NCBI GenBank assembly: GCA_944386755.1
Contig: CALXCF010000007.1
Coordinates: 1,970 to 65,969, forward strand
Length of the DNA: 64,000 nt
From: an uncultured Clostridia bacterium
Lineage (GTDB): Bacteria > Bacillota > Clostridia > TANB77 > CAG-508
Direction of reading: 5' to 3'
Part shown: in pieces, positions 28,295-38,370 of the stretch
Position numbering within the stretch: position 1 is the first letter of the stretch
How the letters are laid out: the number at the start of each line of letters is the position of its first letter
Program-made: the position numbers and the translations under genes
Notes under the pieces: generated by a model
What the model was told of the DNA's origin: nothing
The model's input: only the letters and a program-made list of their open reading frames with translations
Databases searched by the model: none

Positions 28295-28326
28295 GTGTCG
28301 CATTGGGGACGTTTCTCTTGCGACAT
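28295..28326. repeat. GTCCCC-box hairpin (single unit, inverted relative to 26724-26787)
   Basis: gTGTCGCAttGGGGACGTTTCtcTTGCGACAt. Confidence 0.8.
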
Positions 28327-28361
28327 TTTGTTTTATAAAGAAAACTCCTAAATGCAACATA

Positions 28362-28392
28362 CAAAAAGGTGCTATTTTTTTGATAGCACCTT
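28362..28392 (-). terminator. rho-independent terminator after ORF 28404..28763
   Basis: Minus strand reads AAGGTGCTATcaaaaaaATAGCACCTT followed by TTTGT. Confidence 0.6.
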
Positions 28393-28403
28393 CGTATATA
28401 TTG

Positions 28404-28763
28404 CTATATACTTTTTCTTCTTTTAATACGATTACTGTTTTGTTCGTCTTCAATGATTTTGCTTAACATGTTATGAACTTTTATATTGTCTTTCATGATA
28501 ACATCTGGAATTTTTCTCCAAAAGCTCTCTGGTGTGAAATATAGTCCTATAATTTTTTCTTGCTCTTGCAGACGAATCCCATAAATGTTAAAAACCCATG
28601 CTTTTAATATTTCTAGTTCCATTTTACCTTTAGGATGTCTTACTAGTTCCTCTATTTCTGAAATCTCTTTTATTAGGATTTCTTTAGAAATCTTCACTGA
28701 TTTTTCAGCTTTTTCATCACTTAGTTTTACTTCCCCTTCAATCCGACCAACAATTTCAATCAT
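28404..28763 (-). CDS. hypothetical protein (119 aa)
   Basis: ORF track only. No recognisable motifs. Confidence 0.5.
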   Translation of the reverse strand: MIEIVGRIEGEVKLSDEKAEKSVKISKEILIKEISEIEELVRHPKGKMELEILKAWVFNIYGIRLQEQEKIIGLYFTPESFWRKIPDVIMKDNIKVHNMLSKIIEDEQNSNRIKRRKSI

Positions 28764-28909
28764 ATTATTTACCTCCTTATTTGTCTCTATATCTAGAGAC
28801 TTTTTGAATAGTAATATTATTAGTGTATCACTTTATGTTTACATTTTCAACTATTTGACAAAAAATTGTTTAATATTTATAATATTTTAGATGAAAGGAT
28901 GCGATTTTA

Positions 28910-29341
28910 ATGAGTGAAATACTTGAACCTATTTATGAAAGAAAAATTAATTATTATGAAACAGATGGCATGAGAATTGTTCACCATTCTAATTATATAA
29001 GATATTTGGAAGAAGCTAGATGCTATTGGCTTGAAAAATATGGTATGCCATATTCTACTTTCGAAAAAGAAGGTATTAATATTCCAGTTCTAGCTGTTAA
29101 TTGTGAATATAAGCATCATGTAACTTTTGAAGATACTATTTTAATTAAAGTTTTTGTTAAGGAGTATAATGGTGTTAGATTAACTATTGGCTATGATGTT
29201 CGTGATAAAAAAACTGACAAGCCAGTTATTATTGCTGAAACAAAGCATTGTTTTACAGATAAAAATTTGAGAGCTACTAATTTGAAAAAGCACTTGCCTG
29301 AATTTGATAAAAAATTTAGAGATTTAAATAGTAAGATTTAG
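28910..29341 (+). CDS. acyl-CoA thioesterase (hotdog fold, YbgC/4HBT-like)
   Basis: YYETDGMRIVHHSNYIRYLEEAR motif typical of 4HBT thioesterases. Confidence 0.75.
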   Translation: MSEILEPIYERKINYYETDGMRIVHHSNYIRYLEEARCYWLEKYGMPYSTFEKEGINIPVLAVNCEYKHHVTFEDTILIKVFVKEYNGVRLTIGYDVRDKKTDKPVIIAETKHCFTDKNLRATNLKKHLPEFDKKFRDLNSKI

Positions 29342-29364
29342 AAATTCACTTTCTCTATGTATTT

Positions 29365-29402
29365 AAAAAAGTTATTTCTCATTTGTGAAATAACTTTTTT
29401 TG
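29365..29402. terminator. bidirectional terminator hairpin
   Basis: AAAAAAGTTATTTCtcatttgtGAAATAACTTTTTTT. Confidence 0.75.
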
Positions 29403-29430
29403 TTTGTTGATATTTTTTATTATGTACAAA

Positions 29431-29500
29431 GGATACTCTTATATAAAGAATGTCCCTAAATCCCTAAAAGAGGGATTAAAAGAACGTCCCTTAATCCCTC
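29431..29500. repeat. composite GTCCC-box element abutting the rubrerythrin stop
   Basis: GGATACTCTTatatAAAGAATGTCCCtaAATCCCTaaaagAGGGATTaaaagaacGTCCCttAATCCCTC. Confidence 0.85.
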
Positions 29501-30052
29501 TTAGTTAAAATATCTTTTTAATAATCCTTCAAATCCTTTTCCATGACGAGCTTCGTCTTTGCACATTTCATGTACTGTGTCATGTATTGCATCATATCCA
29601 AGTTCTTTTGCTCTTGTTGCAATTGCCTTTTTACCTTCACATGCTCCGTGTTCTGCTTCTGCTCTTAACATTACATTTTTCTTTGTATCAGGATGTACTA
29701 TTTCTCCTAATAATTCTGCAAATTTAGCAGCATGTTCTGCTTCTTCAAATGCATATCTTTTAAATGCTTCTGCTATTTCTGGGTATCCTTCTCTATCTGC
29801 TTGTCTACTCATTGCTAAGTACATTCCAACTTCAGTACATTCTCCTGTAAAGTTTTCTCTTAGTCCTTTTACTATTTCTTCATCTAATCCTTGTGCTACA
29901 CCAATTCTGTGTTCATCTGCATATTGTCTTTCTCCTTCTTCTTCTTTTCTTTCAACAAATGCTTCTTTTCCTGCTCCACATTGTGGGCATCTTTCTGGTG
30001 CTTCTTCTCCAAAGTGTATGTATCCACATACTTTACATACATATGCTTTCAT
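29501..30052 (-). CDS. reverse rubrerythrin (N-terminal rubredoxin-like CxxC..CxxC plus diiron ferritin-like domain)
   Basis: [13 protein letters not shown] at the N-terminus. E..EE.H diiron motifs ([16 protein letters not shown]). Confidence 0.8.
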   Translation of the reverse strand: MKAYVCKVCGYIHFGEEAPERCPQCGAGKEAFVERKEEEGERQYADEHRIGVAQGLDEEIVKGLRENFTGECTEVGMYLAMSRQADREGYPEIAEAFKRYAFEEAEHAAKFAELLGEIVHPDTKKNVMLRAEAEHGACEGKKAIATRAKELGYDAIHDTVHEMCKDEARHGKGFEGLLKRYFN

Positions 30053-30216
30053 GTTTATTCCTCCTTCTAATTTTTGTTTTTAAACTAGATGTATATTAGC
30101 ATATTTTGATTTAATTGTCAAAAAATTCAAAAACCTCTTTAAATTTCCAAAAATATATGATAAAATACAGTAGATTTTAAAAGAATTTGTCTAAAGATGA
30201 AATGGAGGAAAAGGTT

Positions 30217-30489
30217 ATGGAATTAAACAGATGTAGTAGATGTGGGAGTTTTTATGTATCAGAAGGGAATGTGTGCCCTAAATGTAGCAAAAAAGATGGT
30301 TTTGAATTTTCTACATTCAAACAATATGTTACAGAAAACGGTTTTGAACAGTCTTTAGATACTATTTCTGGAGAAACTGGAATTTCAGTAAAAAACTTAA
30401 ATCGATATTTAGGATATGAAGAAATCCGAAATTTACAAAATGGTTTTAATGGTAATCAAAATAATTTGAATAGTAAAACAATGTTATAA
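30217..30489 (+). CDS. small zinc-ribbon protein, YvyF/TIGR03826-like
   Basis: MELNRCSRCGSFYVSEGNVCPKCSKKDGFEF... ATG 30217 lies 7 nt after GGAGGA. Confidence 0.45.
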   Translation: MELNRCSRCGSFYVSEGNVCPKCSKKDGFEFSTFKQYVTENGFEQSLDTISGETGISVKNLNRYLGYEEIRNLQNGFNGNQNNLNSKTML

Positions 30490-30515
30490 TTTAAATGACG
30501 GAAGGAATGAATTTA

Positions 30516-31733
30516 ATGGAGAATGTTTTTAATATATTAGAAGAAAGAGGATATATTGAGCAAATGACTCATCCTCAAGAAATGAAGGATTTATTTAGCA
30601 AAGAAACAGTTCCTTTTTATATAGGAATAGACCCAACAGCAGATAGCTTACATGTTGGACATTTTGTCTCTTTAATGGTTGCAAGTCATATGCAAAAATG
30701 TGGTCATAAACCTATTATATTAGTTGGTGGAGCAACTGCTTTTATTGGTGATCCTTCATTTAAGAATGATATGAGAAAAATGTTATCACCTGAAGAAATT
30801 AATCATAATGTTGAATGTATCAAAAAACAAGTTGAAAAATTTGTTAGTTTTGATGGTGACAATGGAGCAATTATAGTTAATAACGCTGATTGGTTATTAG
30901 ATTTAAAATTTGTTGAATTTGTACGTGAAATTGGTAGCTTATTTTCAGTTAACAAAATGCTAGCTGCAGAATGTTATAAACAAAGAATGGAAACTGGTTT
31001 AACATTTTTTGAAATGAGCTATATGTTAATGCAATCATATGATTTTCTACATTTATATGAAACTTATGGATGCAAATTACAAATGGGTGGAAATGACCAA
31101 TGGTCTAATATCATTGGTGGAGTTGATTTAATTAGAAAAATTGGAAAAGATGATTCTTATGGTTTAACATTTAAACTTCTTACAACTAAAGAAGGTAAAA
31201 AAATGGGTAAAACTGAAAAAGGTGCTTTATGGCTAAGCCCAGATAAAACTTCACCTTATGAATTTTATCAATATTGGAGAAATATCGAAGATGATAGTGT
31301 TGAAACTGTTTTAAAAATGCTTACATTTTTACCAGTTGAAAAAATAAAAGAATTAACTGCTTATAAAGATGAAAGAATAAATGAAGCTAAAAAAGTTGCT
31401 GCTTTTGAAATCACTAAATTAATTCATGGTGAAGAAGAAGCTAAAAAAGCTGAAGAGGCATCAAATGCATTATTTAATGGTCAAGGTAGCTTAGATAATA
31501 TGCCAACTATAAATCTTGAAAGTTCAGATATTTCTTTATTAGATGCTATTATTCTAACAGGTATTGCACCTTCTAAAGGTCAAGCTAGAACTTTGATTAC
31601 TCAAGGTGGTATTTCCTTAAATGATGAGAAAATTTCTGATGTAAATTATAAATTGTCAGATGGTGATTTTAAAGATGGTTATGCTATTTTGAAAAAAGGT
31701 AAAAAAGTATTTTATAAATTAAACAGGGATTAA
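30516..31733 (+). CDS. tyrS: tyrosine--tRNA ligase
   Basis: HVGH (HIGH) and KMGKT (KMSKS) motifs. C-terminal S4-like domain. Confidence 0.9.
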   Translation: MENVFNILEERGYIEQMTHPQEMKDLFSKETVPFYIGIDPTADSLHVGHFVSLMVASHMQKCGHKPIILVGGATAFIGDPSFKNDMRKMLSPEEINHNVECIKKQVEKFVSFDGDNGAIIVNNADWLLDLKFVEFVREIGSLFSVNKMLAAECYKQRMETGLTFFEMSYMLMQSYDFLHLYETYGCKLQMGGNDQWSNIIGGVDLIRKIGKDDSYGLTFKLLTTKEGKKMGKTEKGALWLSPDKTSPYEFYQYWRNIEDDSVETVLKMLTFLPVEKIKELTAYKDERINEAKKVAAFEITKLIHGEEEAKKAEEASNALFNGQGSLDNMPTINLESSDISLLDAIILTGIAPSKGQARTLITQGGISLNDEKISDVNYKLSDGDFKDGYAILKKGKKVFYKLNRD

Positions 31734-31744
31734 AAATCCCTGTT
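31722..31744. terminator. shared convergent terminator hairpin
   Basis: AACAGGGATTaaaAATCCCTGTT spans the tyrS stop and the stop of ORF 31743..32042. It uses the same AGGGATT word as the GTCCC-box elements. Confidence 0.55.
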
Positions 31745-32042
31745 ATCTGCTTCTTTGTACTATTTCTACTATATCTGCGATGTATTCACCTATAATTGGA
31801 ATATTTAGTGTCACTATTTTTTGCAAAATAATAACTAAAATAGCAGTAATAATTGTTACTCCAATTCCTATTCCTACACCTCTAGAAATTCCTGCAAAGA
31901 AATTTCTAATAAGCATTTCTTTTTTATTTCCTAACAAATAACTTAGCTCTACAAAATTTCCTTCTAGCATTATTTTATTTAATTGGCTTATCGCTTTTTC
32001 TAACAAATTTATTTTATTCTTTTTTACAAACATAAAAACCAC
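31743..32042 (-). CDS. small membrane protein (hypothetical)
   Basis: 99 aa. Glycine-rich hydrophobic segment GISRGVGIGIGVTIITAILVIIL. Confidence 0.55.
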   Translation of the reverse strand: MVFMFVKKNKINLLEKAISQLNKIMLEGNFVELSYLLGNKKEMLIRNFFAGISRGVGIGIGVTIITAILVIILQKIVTLNIPIIGEYIADIVEIVQRSR

Positions 32043-32083
32043 CTTTAATATTTCTTATATTATGGTGGTTTTTTTAGCAATTT

Positions 32084-35008
32084 TTATTCATTACCATTTA
32101 TAAAATTATTTATTGTTTCACTTAAACTTCCACTATTTGTAGATGTTTCATTTTGAGTTGTAATATTTTCTGATACACTATTAGTTTCAGTTTGATTACT
32201 TGATCTTGCATTAAGCTCTTCTCGTTTTTGGTCCTCTTCTGCCTTTAACTCTTCAAGCGAATTAATTAATTCTTGTAATCTTTTTAAATCACTACCCATT
32301 AATTCCCAATCATTGCTGTTGTTTGACTCTGTTAAATTATCATTTGCTTTTATAATTGCATCTATTAATCCATCTATATCTTCAGTATTTTCTACTTCAA
32401 TATCAACAGCATATTGTGAAAGTAGATTTTGTAATGCTCGAGATAGTGTATCTCCTATTGCTACTTTATTTCCAGATGCTACTACAACTTTTTTAAGTAA
32501 TGGTATTTCTGATTCATTTAACATTGTTTGATATATTGGCTCTACATATAATAAAGTGTTGTTTATTGGAACAATTATCATTTGCTTTGTTAATCTTGTT
32601 CCAGTTGTATTAAGTGTTTCTAACTCTGTTGAGATTGCCTCATCTTCTTCTATTTGTTGGTCTAATTGCATTGGTCCAACTATATTGCTATCTGCTGAGA
32701 ATTTATATAATTTTAATTTATTTGAACTTCCATCTGTTGTTCCTACTAAATATGAAATTATATTTTGTTTTTCATCTGGTGTATAAACTTGAATTAGTCC
32801 TAATTTTTCATTTCCATCATCATTTACCATTGTGTAATATGAATCCATATATGTTCCTGTTGACCTTGTATTTCTTACACTATTGTATTTAGCTATATCC
32901 CATAAGTCATCTGCTCTATATAATACATCTGGTTTTACATTATGATATACTTTTAAAACTTCTGCTTGTACATCATATAAGAATTGTGGATATATTAAAT
33001 GCTCTTGTATATCTTGTGGTATTTCTTCTTCTAAATCAACAAATAGTGTTGGATAAATATTTCTGTATGCCATTGCAATTGGGTCTGTTCTATCTGTTAT
33101 ATAGAATGATATTGTTCCGTCATATGCGTCTACTAATACTTTTACTGAGTTTCTAATGTAATTTATATTTTCATGAATTCCATCATGCTCGATTGTTGTA
33201 TATTGTGAATATGGATAACTGCTTGATACTGTATATGCATCTATTACCCAAACTATTCTACCATCATCTGTTACTACCGTATATGGATTTTCATCATATA
33301 TTAGATATGGTAATGCTTTTTTTGCTCTTGTGATAATTTGTCTGTTTATTAATATTTTACTATCATCACTTATTTCATTTGAGAATGCTAAATTTAGATC
33401 TCCTTTTGTGATTCCTAAGACTAATCTATCTAAAAAGTTTAATTGTAATCCAGCTTCTCCACTATATGTTGATGTATGGTCTGTTCCGTCAACATCTGTA
33501 TAGTCATATTCTTGTATATTTTTTGCATTTGTTGCTATTATATCATTAGTCTCTAGTCCAAAATATATACGTGGTTCAGCTATATTTATTGTTTCGTCAC
33601 TACCTGAAATTTCTTTTTGAACATATTGTACATTTCCTGTTTCTGTACTTTGTGAAGCTGATGCTATGATTAGCCCCATTCCATGTGTGTATTCATATGT
33701 TTTGTTTGTATATGTTCTTCCTGAACTTGTGATTTCTCTTGGTGCTATATATACTGTCTGTAGCTGTCCATTTATTTCATAATTTGCAAGGTTTGCATCT
33801 CTATATGAGAAATATCCTGTTTCTGTTTGATTATCTTGTACTGTTTTTAAGACTGCATCTTGCGTGACTATTGGAATATTATTTATTATGTTTTGATTTT
33901 CTGCTACTTCTTCTTCTGTTACTGTTCCTGAATTTTCAAGATTTTTTTCTTCTATTTCAATATTGTATGCACTTTTTGTATTATTTATATTTTCAGCAAT
34001 ATAATTTTTTTCTTTGTCTAGTTCATTGGTGTTTACAAATATTAAATCAAATACTACCATTGCTAAAAATAGTACAACTAGATATCCTGGTATTACTGCT
34101 AAATTTTTTAATACTTTGCTTGTTTTTTCCGCTTTAAATGCTTTTAATGCTCTATATACAAATATTACTATGATAACTGCAAATATTACATATCCCCATA
34201 ATTTTATTGTAGATTCTGTTATTCCTGCACCTACTATATCTATGTCATTATTTACTGTTAAGATTTTTCCTTGCATTATATTTTGTGTATTAACTATTGT
34301 CATTAACGCTATTCCTACTGCAAGTAGCATTATATTTCTAAGTAGTTTTTTCATGAATAGACTTTGTTTAAACATTTTTCCGTCTATTCCATCAAAATAC
34401 ATATTAAATACTATAACATGATATAAAGCCATGTATAATGTTAAGCCTACTACAAATGATATGAAGTATATTAGCATTGTATCAATTATTGGTTTTACAA
34501 ACATATAATATGAAATATCCAAGTTAAATATTGGGTCTTGTATTCCAAATGATGTACTATTCATTACTAACATTATTTTTTGCATTAATACTGCTGAAGC
34601 TATTATACTTACAATTGCAGAAATTACTAATGCTAATGATTTGTTTGGTAATTTTGGCATTTTTTTGTTTTCTTTTTCAAAGAAAGGTTTTAATCCTTTT
34701 TTTATTCCTCTGTTTGTCATGTATATTATAAAATATACTATTACAAAGTTTACTGCCATGATTGTATATCTATAAATTAGGTTTGTGTAAAAGATTTGTA
34801 TGTATTGTTCTCCTAATTCTTGATATTCTAAGTAACTTCCACGTAATTGTATGTAACTAATTACTGCAAATATAGCAATAAAAAGTAATACTAATAACAT
34901 TCTTGTTTTACTTTTACCTTTTCTATTTCTTTCTTTTGTTTCTCTTGTATTTCCAGTTTCTAATATAGTTTCAACTTTTTCATTTGCTTGAGTATTTTCC
35001 TCACTCAC
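32084..35008 (-). CDS. UPF0182-family large membrane protein
   Basis: 974 aa, with multi-TM N-terminal third and a large extracytoplasmic domain. The architecture and length match UPF0182 (COG1615). Confidence 0.65.
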   Translation of the reverse strand: MSEENTQANEKVETILETGNTRETKERNRKGKSKTRMLLVLLFIAIFAVISYIQLRGSYLEYQELGEQYIQIFYTNLIYRYTIMAVNFVIVYFIIYMTNRGIKKGLKPFFEKENKKMPKLPNKSLALVISAIVSIIASAVLMQKIMLVMNSTSFGIQDPIFNLDISYYMFVKPIIDTMLIYFISFVVGLTLYMALYHVIVFNMYFDGIDGKMFKQSLFMKKLLRNIMLLAVGIALMTIVNTQNIMQGKILTVNNDIDIVGAGITESTIKLWGYVIFAVIIVIFVYRALKAFKAEKTSKVLKNLAVIPGYLVVLFLAMVVFDLIFVNTNELDKEKNYIAENINNTKSAYNIEIEEKNLENSGTVTEEEVAENQNIINNIPIVTQDAVLKTVQDNQTETGYFSYRDANLANYEINGQLQTVYIAPREITSSGRTYTNKTYEYTHGMGLIIASASQSTETGNVQYVQKEISGSDETINIAEPRIYFGLETNDIIATNAKNIQEYDYTDVDGTDHTSTYSGEAGLQLNFLDRLVLGITKGDLNLAFSNEISDDSKILINRQIITRAKKALPYLIYDENPYTVVTDDGRIVWVIDAYTVSSSYPYSQYTTIEHDGIHENINYIRNSVKVLVDAYDGTISFYITDRTDPIAMAYRNIYPTLFVDLEEEIPQDIQEHLIYPQFLYDVQAEVLKVYHNVKPDVLYRADDLWDIAKYNSVRNTRSTGTYMDSYYTMVNDDGNEKLGLIQVYTPDEKQNIISYLVGTTDGSSNKLKLYKFSADSNIVGPMQLDQQIEEDEAISTELETLNTTGTRLTKQMIIVPINNTLLYVEPIYQTMLNESEIPLLKKVVVASGNKVAIGDTLSRALQNLLSQYAVDIEVENTEDIDGLIDAIIKANDNLTESNNSNDWELMGSDLKRLQELINSLEELKAEEDQKREELNARSSNQTETNSVSENITTQNETSTNSGSLSETINNFINGNE

Positions 35009-35048
35009 TATCTTATCCTCCTATTAATTTATTTCCCCTAGTTATTTT

Positions 35049-35954
35049 TTAGATAATTGCTCTTGCAAATTCTTCTGGATTGAAGATTTCCATGTCGTCT
35101 ATTTGTTCTCCTACACCAATAAACTTGACTGGTATATTATTTTCTTCTACAATTCCAATTACTACTCCACCTTTTGCTGTTCCATCAAGTTTTGTCAATA
35201 CAAGTCCTGTAATGTCAGCTTCTTCTTTAAATGCTTTTACTTGTGATATTGCATTTTGTCCAGTAGTTCCGTCAATTACTAATAATACTTCTTCATCGCA
35301 ATCTGACATTTCCTTTTGGATTACTTTTTGAATTTTTCTTAATTCATCCATTAAATATTTTTTGTTGTGTAATCTTCCTGCTGTATCAACAATTAGAACA
35401 TCTGCATTTTTTTCTCTTGTTATTTTAATTGCATCATATACAACTGATGCTGGATCAACCCCTTCTTCTCTTTTTACAATGTCTGCTCCTGCTCTATTAG
35501 CCCAGATTTCAAGTTGCTCTACTGCTGCTGCACGGAATGTATCTGCTGCTGCAATTACTACTTGTTTTCCATCTTTTTCTAGTCTGTTTGCTATTTTCCC
35601 TATTGATGTTGTTTTTCCTACTCCATTTACGCCAACAACTAATATGACTGATGGTTTTGTGTTTAGTTTTAGTCCTCTATCTACTTTTGATAGTATTTGT
35701 ATTATTTCTTCTCTTAGTGCTTGTTTTATTTCTTCTTCATCTTGTATTTTTTCTTTTTTTACTCTTTGTCTTAAATTATTCATTATTTTTATTGATGTAT
35801 CCATTCCTATGTCTGACATTATTAGTACTTCTTCTAGTTCATCTAAAAAATCTTCATCTACTTTTTTGAAACTTTTGAATACATTGCTTATTTTTTCATC
35901 AAATGATGTTTTTGTTTTACTCATTCCTTGTTTTAGTTTTTCAAAAAATCCCAT
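35049..35954 (-). CDS. ftsY: signal recognition particle receptor FtsY
   Basis: SRP GTPase motifs GVNGVGKTT, DTAGR, TKLDG. Confidence 0.9.
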   Translation of the reverse strand: MGFFEKLKQGMSKTKTSFDEKISNVFKSFKKVDEDFLDELEEVLIMSDIGMDTSIKIMNNLRQRVKKEKIQDEEEIKQALREEIIQILSKVDRGLKLNTKPSVILVVGVNGVGKTTSIGKIANRLEKDGKQVVIAAADTFRAAAVEQLEIWANRAGADIVKREEGVDPASVVYDAIKITREKNADVLIVDTAGRLHNKKYLMDELRKIQKVIQKEMSDCDEEVLLVIDGTTGQNAISQVKAFKEEADITGLVLTKLDGTAKGGVVIGIVEENNIPVKFIGVGEQIDDMEIFNPEEFARAII

Positions 35955-36080
35955 TTTCTGTTTTCCTTTCGTTTGCTTATTTTTATTTTTTACTTAAATT
36001 TATGGGTATTATATCATATTTTTGTATGTTCGGCAAGTAAAAACAACCTACAAACTTTATAGTTCATAAGTTGTTATGAT

Positions 36081-36156
36081 TGGAGCCACTAAGCAGAATC
36101 GAACTGCTGACCTACGGGTTACGAATCCGTTGCTCTACCAACTGAGCTATAGTGGC
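36081..36156 (-). tRNA. tRNA-Thr (anticodon CGU), CCA encoded
   Basis: Hand-folded cloverleaf of GCCACTATAGCTCAGTTGGTAGAGCAACGGATTCGTAACCCGTAGGTCAGCAGTTCGATTCTGCTTAGTGGCTCCA. It has a 7-bp acceptor stem, a GTTCGATTC T-loop and the anticodon loop TTCGTAA. Confidence 0.9.
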
Positions 36157-36157
36157 A

Positions 36158-37201
36158 TTAAACTTCCTCTGTCATATTTTCATACAGAGGAATTATAAAA
36201 TTCAAATTTGCATCAACAGTATCAGAGCTTTGATAAATTTCAAGCATATTACTTGCTTCAGATTGTGGAGCCATTAAATTTTGCATATATTGATGAGTAT
36301 ACAATTCTCCATCTTGATTAACAACATCAAATTTTTGGAAATATAAAGTGTTTTGTCCAACATTTATATATCCTTCTTTTACAAAATCTACTCCTCCAAT
36401 AATTGCCTTTTCTAAAGTATCCCATCCTTGTTCATAAGCATACTTAGCTGCATTTTCAATTATTTCTTCTGATGAATTTCCTACTGCTCTTATATTAAAA
36501 GGATTGTATACAGTCATTCCATTATACTCATATCCTCTAGATAAAGTTGTTCCATCTCTTCCCTGTTCCTGAATTAATCTTGATGCTATAAAATATGGAT
36601 CAACATTGGCATTTTTTCCTGCTTGTATTAGTGCATTTGAAATATTTTCTCCCTCTAAAAAAGTATCTTCTGTTATTTCATTAATACCTTCTATTGTTTG
36701 TGCATTTTCTACATATGATAGTTCCTTAAATTGAAAAATATTATCTTCATTTAATATATTTCTAGGATCCATTTGACATCTAATTGCTTTGTCTGATGCA
36801 CATAGCCATGTTCCATTGTCATAGGTTTTATCTCTATCTATTTCACATTTCCAGTCTTCTGGATATCGAGATGAATCTGGAACTAAGTTTAAAGGATATG
36901 TTCTATTATCTGAATGACCTTCATTTTCTATTACTTCTTCCCAATCTAATTTAGTATAAAATAATGTAAATGTCCAGTTTGGATGCTGTTCTAGTAATTC
37001 ATCTATTAGTTCTTTATATCCTGGATATTTACTTTCGCTTAAATTTTCTCCATCATATTCTACATATTTTTGCTTTTTACTTTCTTTTACTAATGCAACT
37101 ATTAGAATAATTATTAAAACCAATATTAATATGGCTATTAAAATAACTTTTACTCTCTTAGGTATTTTTCTAATTATATTTCTTACATTCATGTTTTTCA
37201 T
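36158..37201 (-). CDS. membrane-anchored glucosaminidase-domain protein (GH73-like)
   Basis: N-terminal TM segment. C-terminal ..YFIASRLIQEQG..YNPFNI..GW..YFQKF.. is typical of mannosyl-glycoprotein endo-beta-N-acetylglucosaminidase domains. Confidence 0.65.
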   Translation of the reverse strand: MKNMNVRNIIRKIPKRVKVILIAILILVLIIILIVALVKESKKQKYVEYDGENLSESKYPGYKELIDELLEQHPNWTFTLFYTKLDWEEVIENEGHSDNRTYPLNLVPDSSRYPEDWKCEIDRDKTYDNGTWLCASDKAIRCQMDPRNILNEDNIFQFKELSYVENAQTIEGINEITEDTFLEGENISNALIQAGKNANVDPYFIASRLIQEQGRDGTTLSRGYEYNGMTVYNPFNIRAVGNSSEEIIENAAKYAYEQGWDTLEKAIIGGVDFVKEGYINVGQNTLYFQKFDVVNQDGELYTHQYMQNLMAPQSEASNMLEIYQSSDTVDANLNFIIPLYENMTEEV

Positions 37202-37209
37202 TATAACAC

Positions 37210-37236
37210 AAAAGCCTAGATAAAATCTAGACTTTT
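37210..37236 (-). terminator. terminator hairpin after ORF 37252..38133
   Basis: Minus strand reads AAAAGTCTAGATtttATCTAGGCTTTTGTG. Confidence 0.55.
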
Positions 37237-37251
37237 AATGAAAATTTATTT

Positions 37252-38133
37252 TTATTGATTATTTTCTCCTCTTCCTTCTGGAAGTGCTTCTGAATAATCA
37301 AGTACAATTCTAATTTTTGTAATAGCTTTAATAGCTCTAACAAATTTGCTATTTTTAAATCTTTGCCATAGACTTGGTTTAGCTTCAAATGTTGTTTCTT
37401 GAACATATTGTTGTTCTTGTACTTGTTGTTCTTCTGCTACTGCTACTTGTTGTACTTGAACTTGTTCTTGTGGTTGCTCTTCAACAACATTTTGCACTAC
37501 TGGTTCTTCTATTGGTGTAGGTATTGATTTTAATGCATCTGCTACTTCAATTCCTATGTAACTTAATGCTTTTGATCTATCTTCAATTCTTTCCATATCT
37601 ATTTCTATATGTAAATTTGCTTCTAGGTTGTTTATTCTAGCATGTAATAATTTCATAGCATCTTTGTAGTCGTCTGATTCTGTATCTTTTGCTTTTCCAA
37701 CTATTGTTAGAGTTTCTATAATATCTTCTGAAAATACATCTTCTGCTTTTTTTACTTGGTCTTTCCAATCTTTTTCTTTATTTTCTACTGCTTCTAATAT
37801 TTCTTTTAATTGCCCTGCTGTAGCTATATTTTGTTCTCTTTGTCTAATTAATTCTTCTATTTTCTTTGTATTTTCTTCAAATTGATTTGTAGCATATTCA
37901 ACTAGCCCATAAGCAGCTTTGTATACACTTGCTGGGAAGTTTTTCTTTTTTGGATATTCAATTAAATATGTTTTTACTGATTCAATTAAATCCTTAAAGT
38001 ATGTATCATCTTCTAATTGAACGATTTGCTTTTTACTTTTTGGATTTATTAATTTTTGAATTTTATCTATATTTGATAATATTTTTTCTTCTGTGATAAC
38101 CATTCTCACATTTACTATGCCAGATTTAGACAT
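37252..38133 (-). CDS. hypothetical protein (293 aa, Q/E/V-rich linker)
   Basis: ORF track only. RBS AAAGGAGG upstream. Confidence 0.55.
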   Translation of the reverse strand: MSKSGIVNVRMVITEEKILSNIDKIQKLINPKSKKQIVQLEDDTYFKDLIESVKTYLIEYPKKKNFPASVYKAAYGLVEYATNQFEENTKKIEELIRQREQNIATAGQLKEILEAVENKEKDWKDQVKKAEDVFSEDIIETLTIVGKAKDTESDDYKDAMKLLHARINNLEANLHIEIDMERIEDRSKALSYIGIEVADALKSIPTPIEEPVVQNVVEEQPQEQVQVQQVAVAEEQQVQEQQYVQETTFEAKPSLWQRFKNSKFVRAIKAITKIRIVLDYSEALPEGRGENNQ

Positions 38134-38202
38134 TGTAATGTACCTCCTTTATCTTACGCGTGTTTGCTTTTTCGCTATTTCAAATATAATTATACATTAA
38201 CT

Positions 38203-38237
38203 AAAGCCAAACTACAAGTGTGTTTGGCTTTTTTTAT
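38203..38237. terminator. hairpin with T-run (strong on the plus strand, weaker on the minus strand) downstream of the acyl-CoA ligase gene
   Basis: AAAGCCAAACtacaagtgtGTTTGGCTTTTTTTATTTT. Confidence 0.4.
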
Positions 38238-38370
38238 TTTAAGTTTTCATTACAGAAATGTTACAATTTTATTACAAAATCTTTTTTCTTTCGACATTTT
38301 ACCATTTTATTATGCTTTCCATTTCCCTAAGTTTCAACATATTCTGCAATTTGTAACTTTGATGTAATAT

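Noticed and set aside
38164-38367. 67-aa plus-strand ORF in the spacer between ORF 37252..38133 and the acyl-CoA ligase gene.
   Set aside because: It spans a terminator hairpin and AT-rich spacer, and has no RBS and no motifs.
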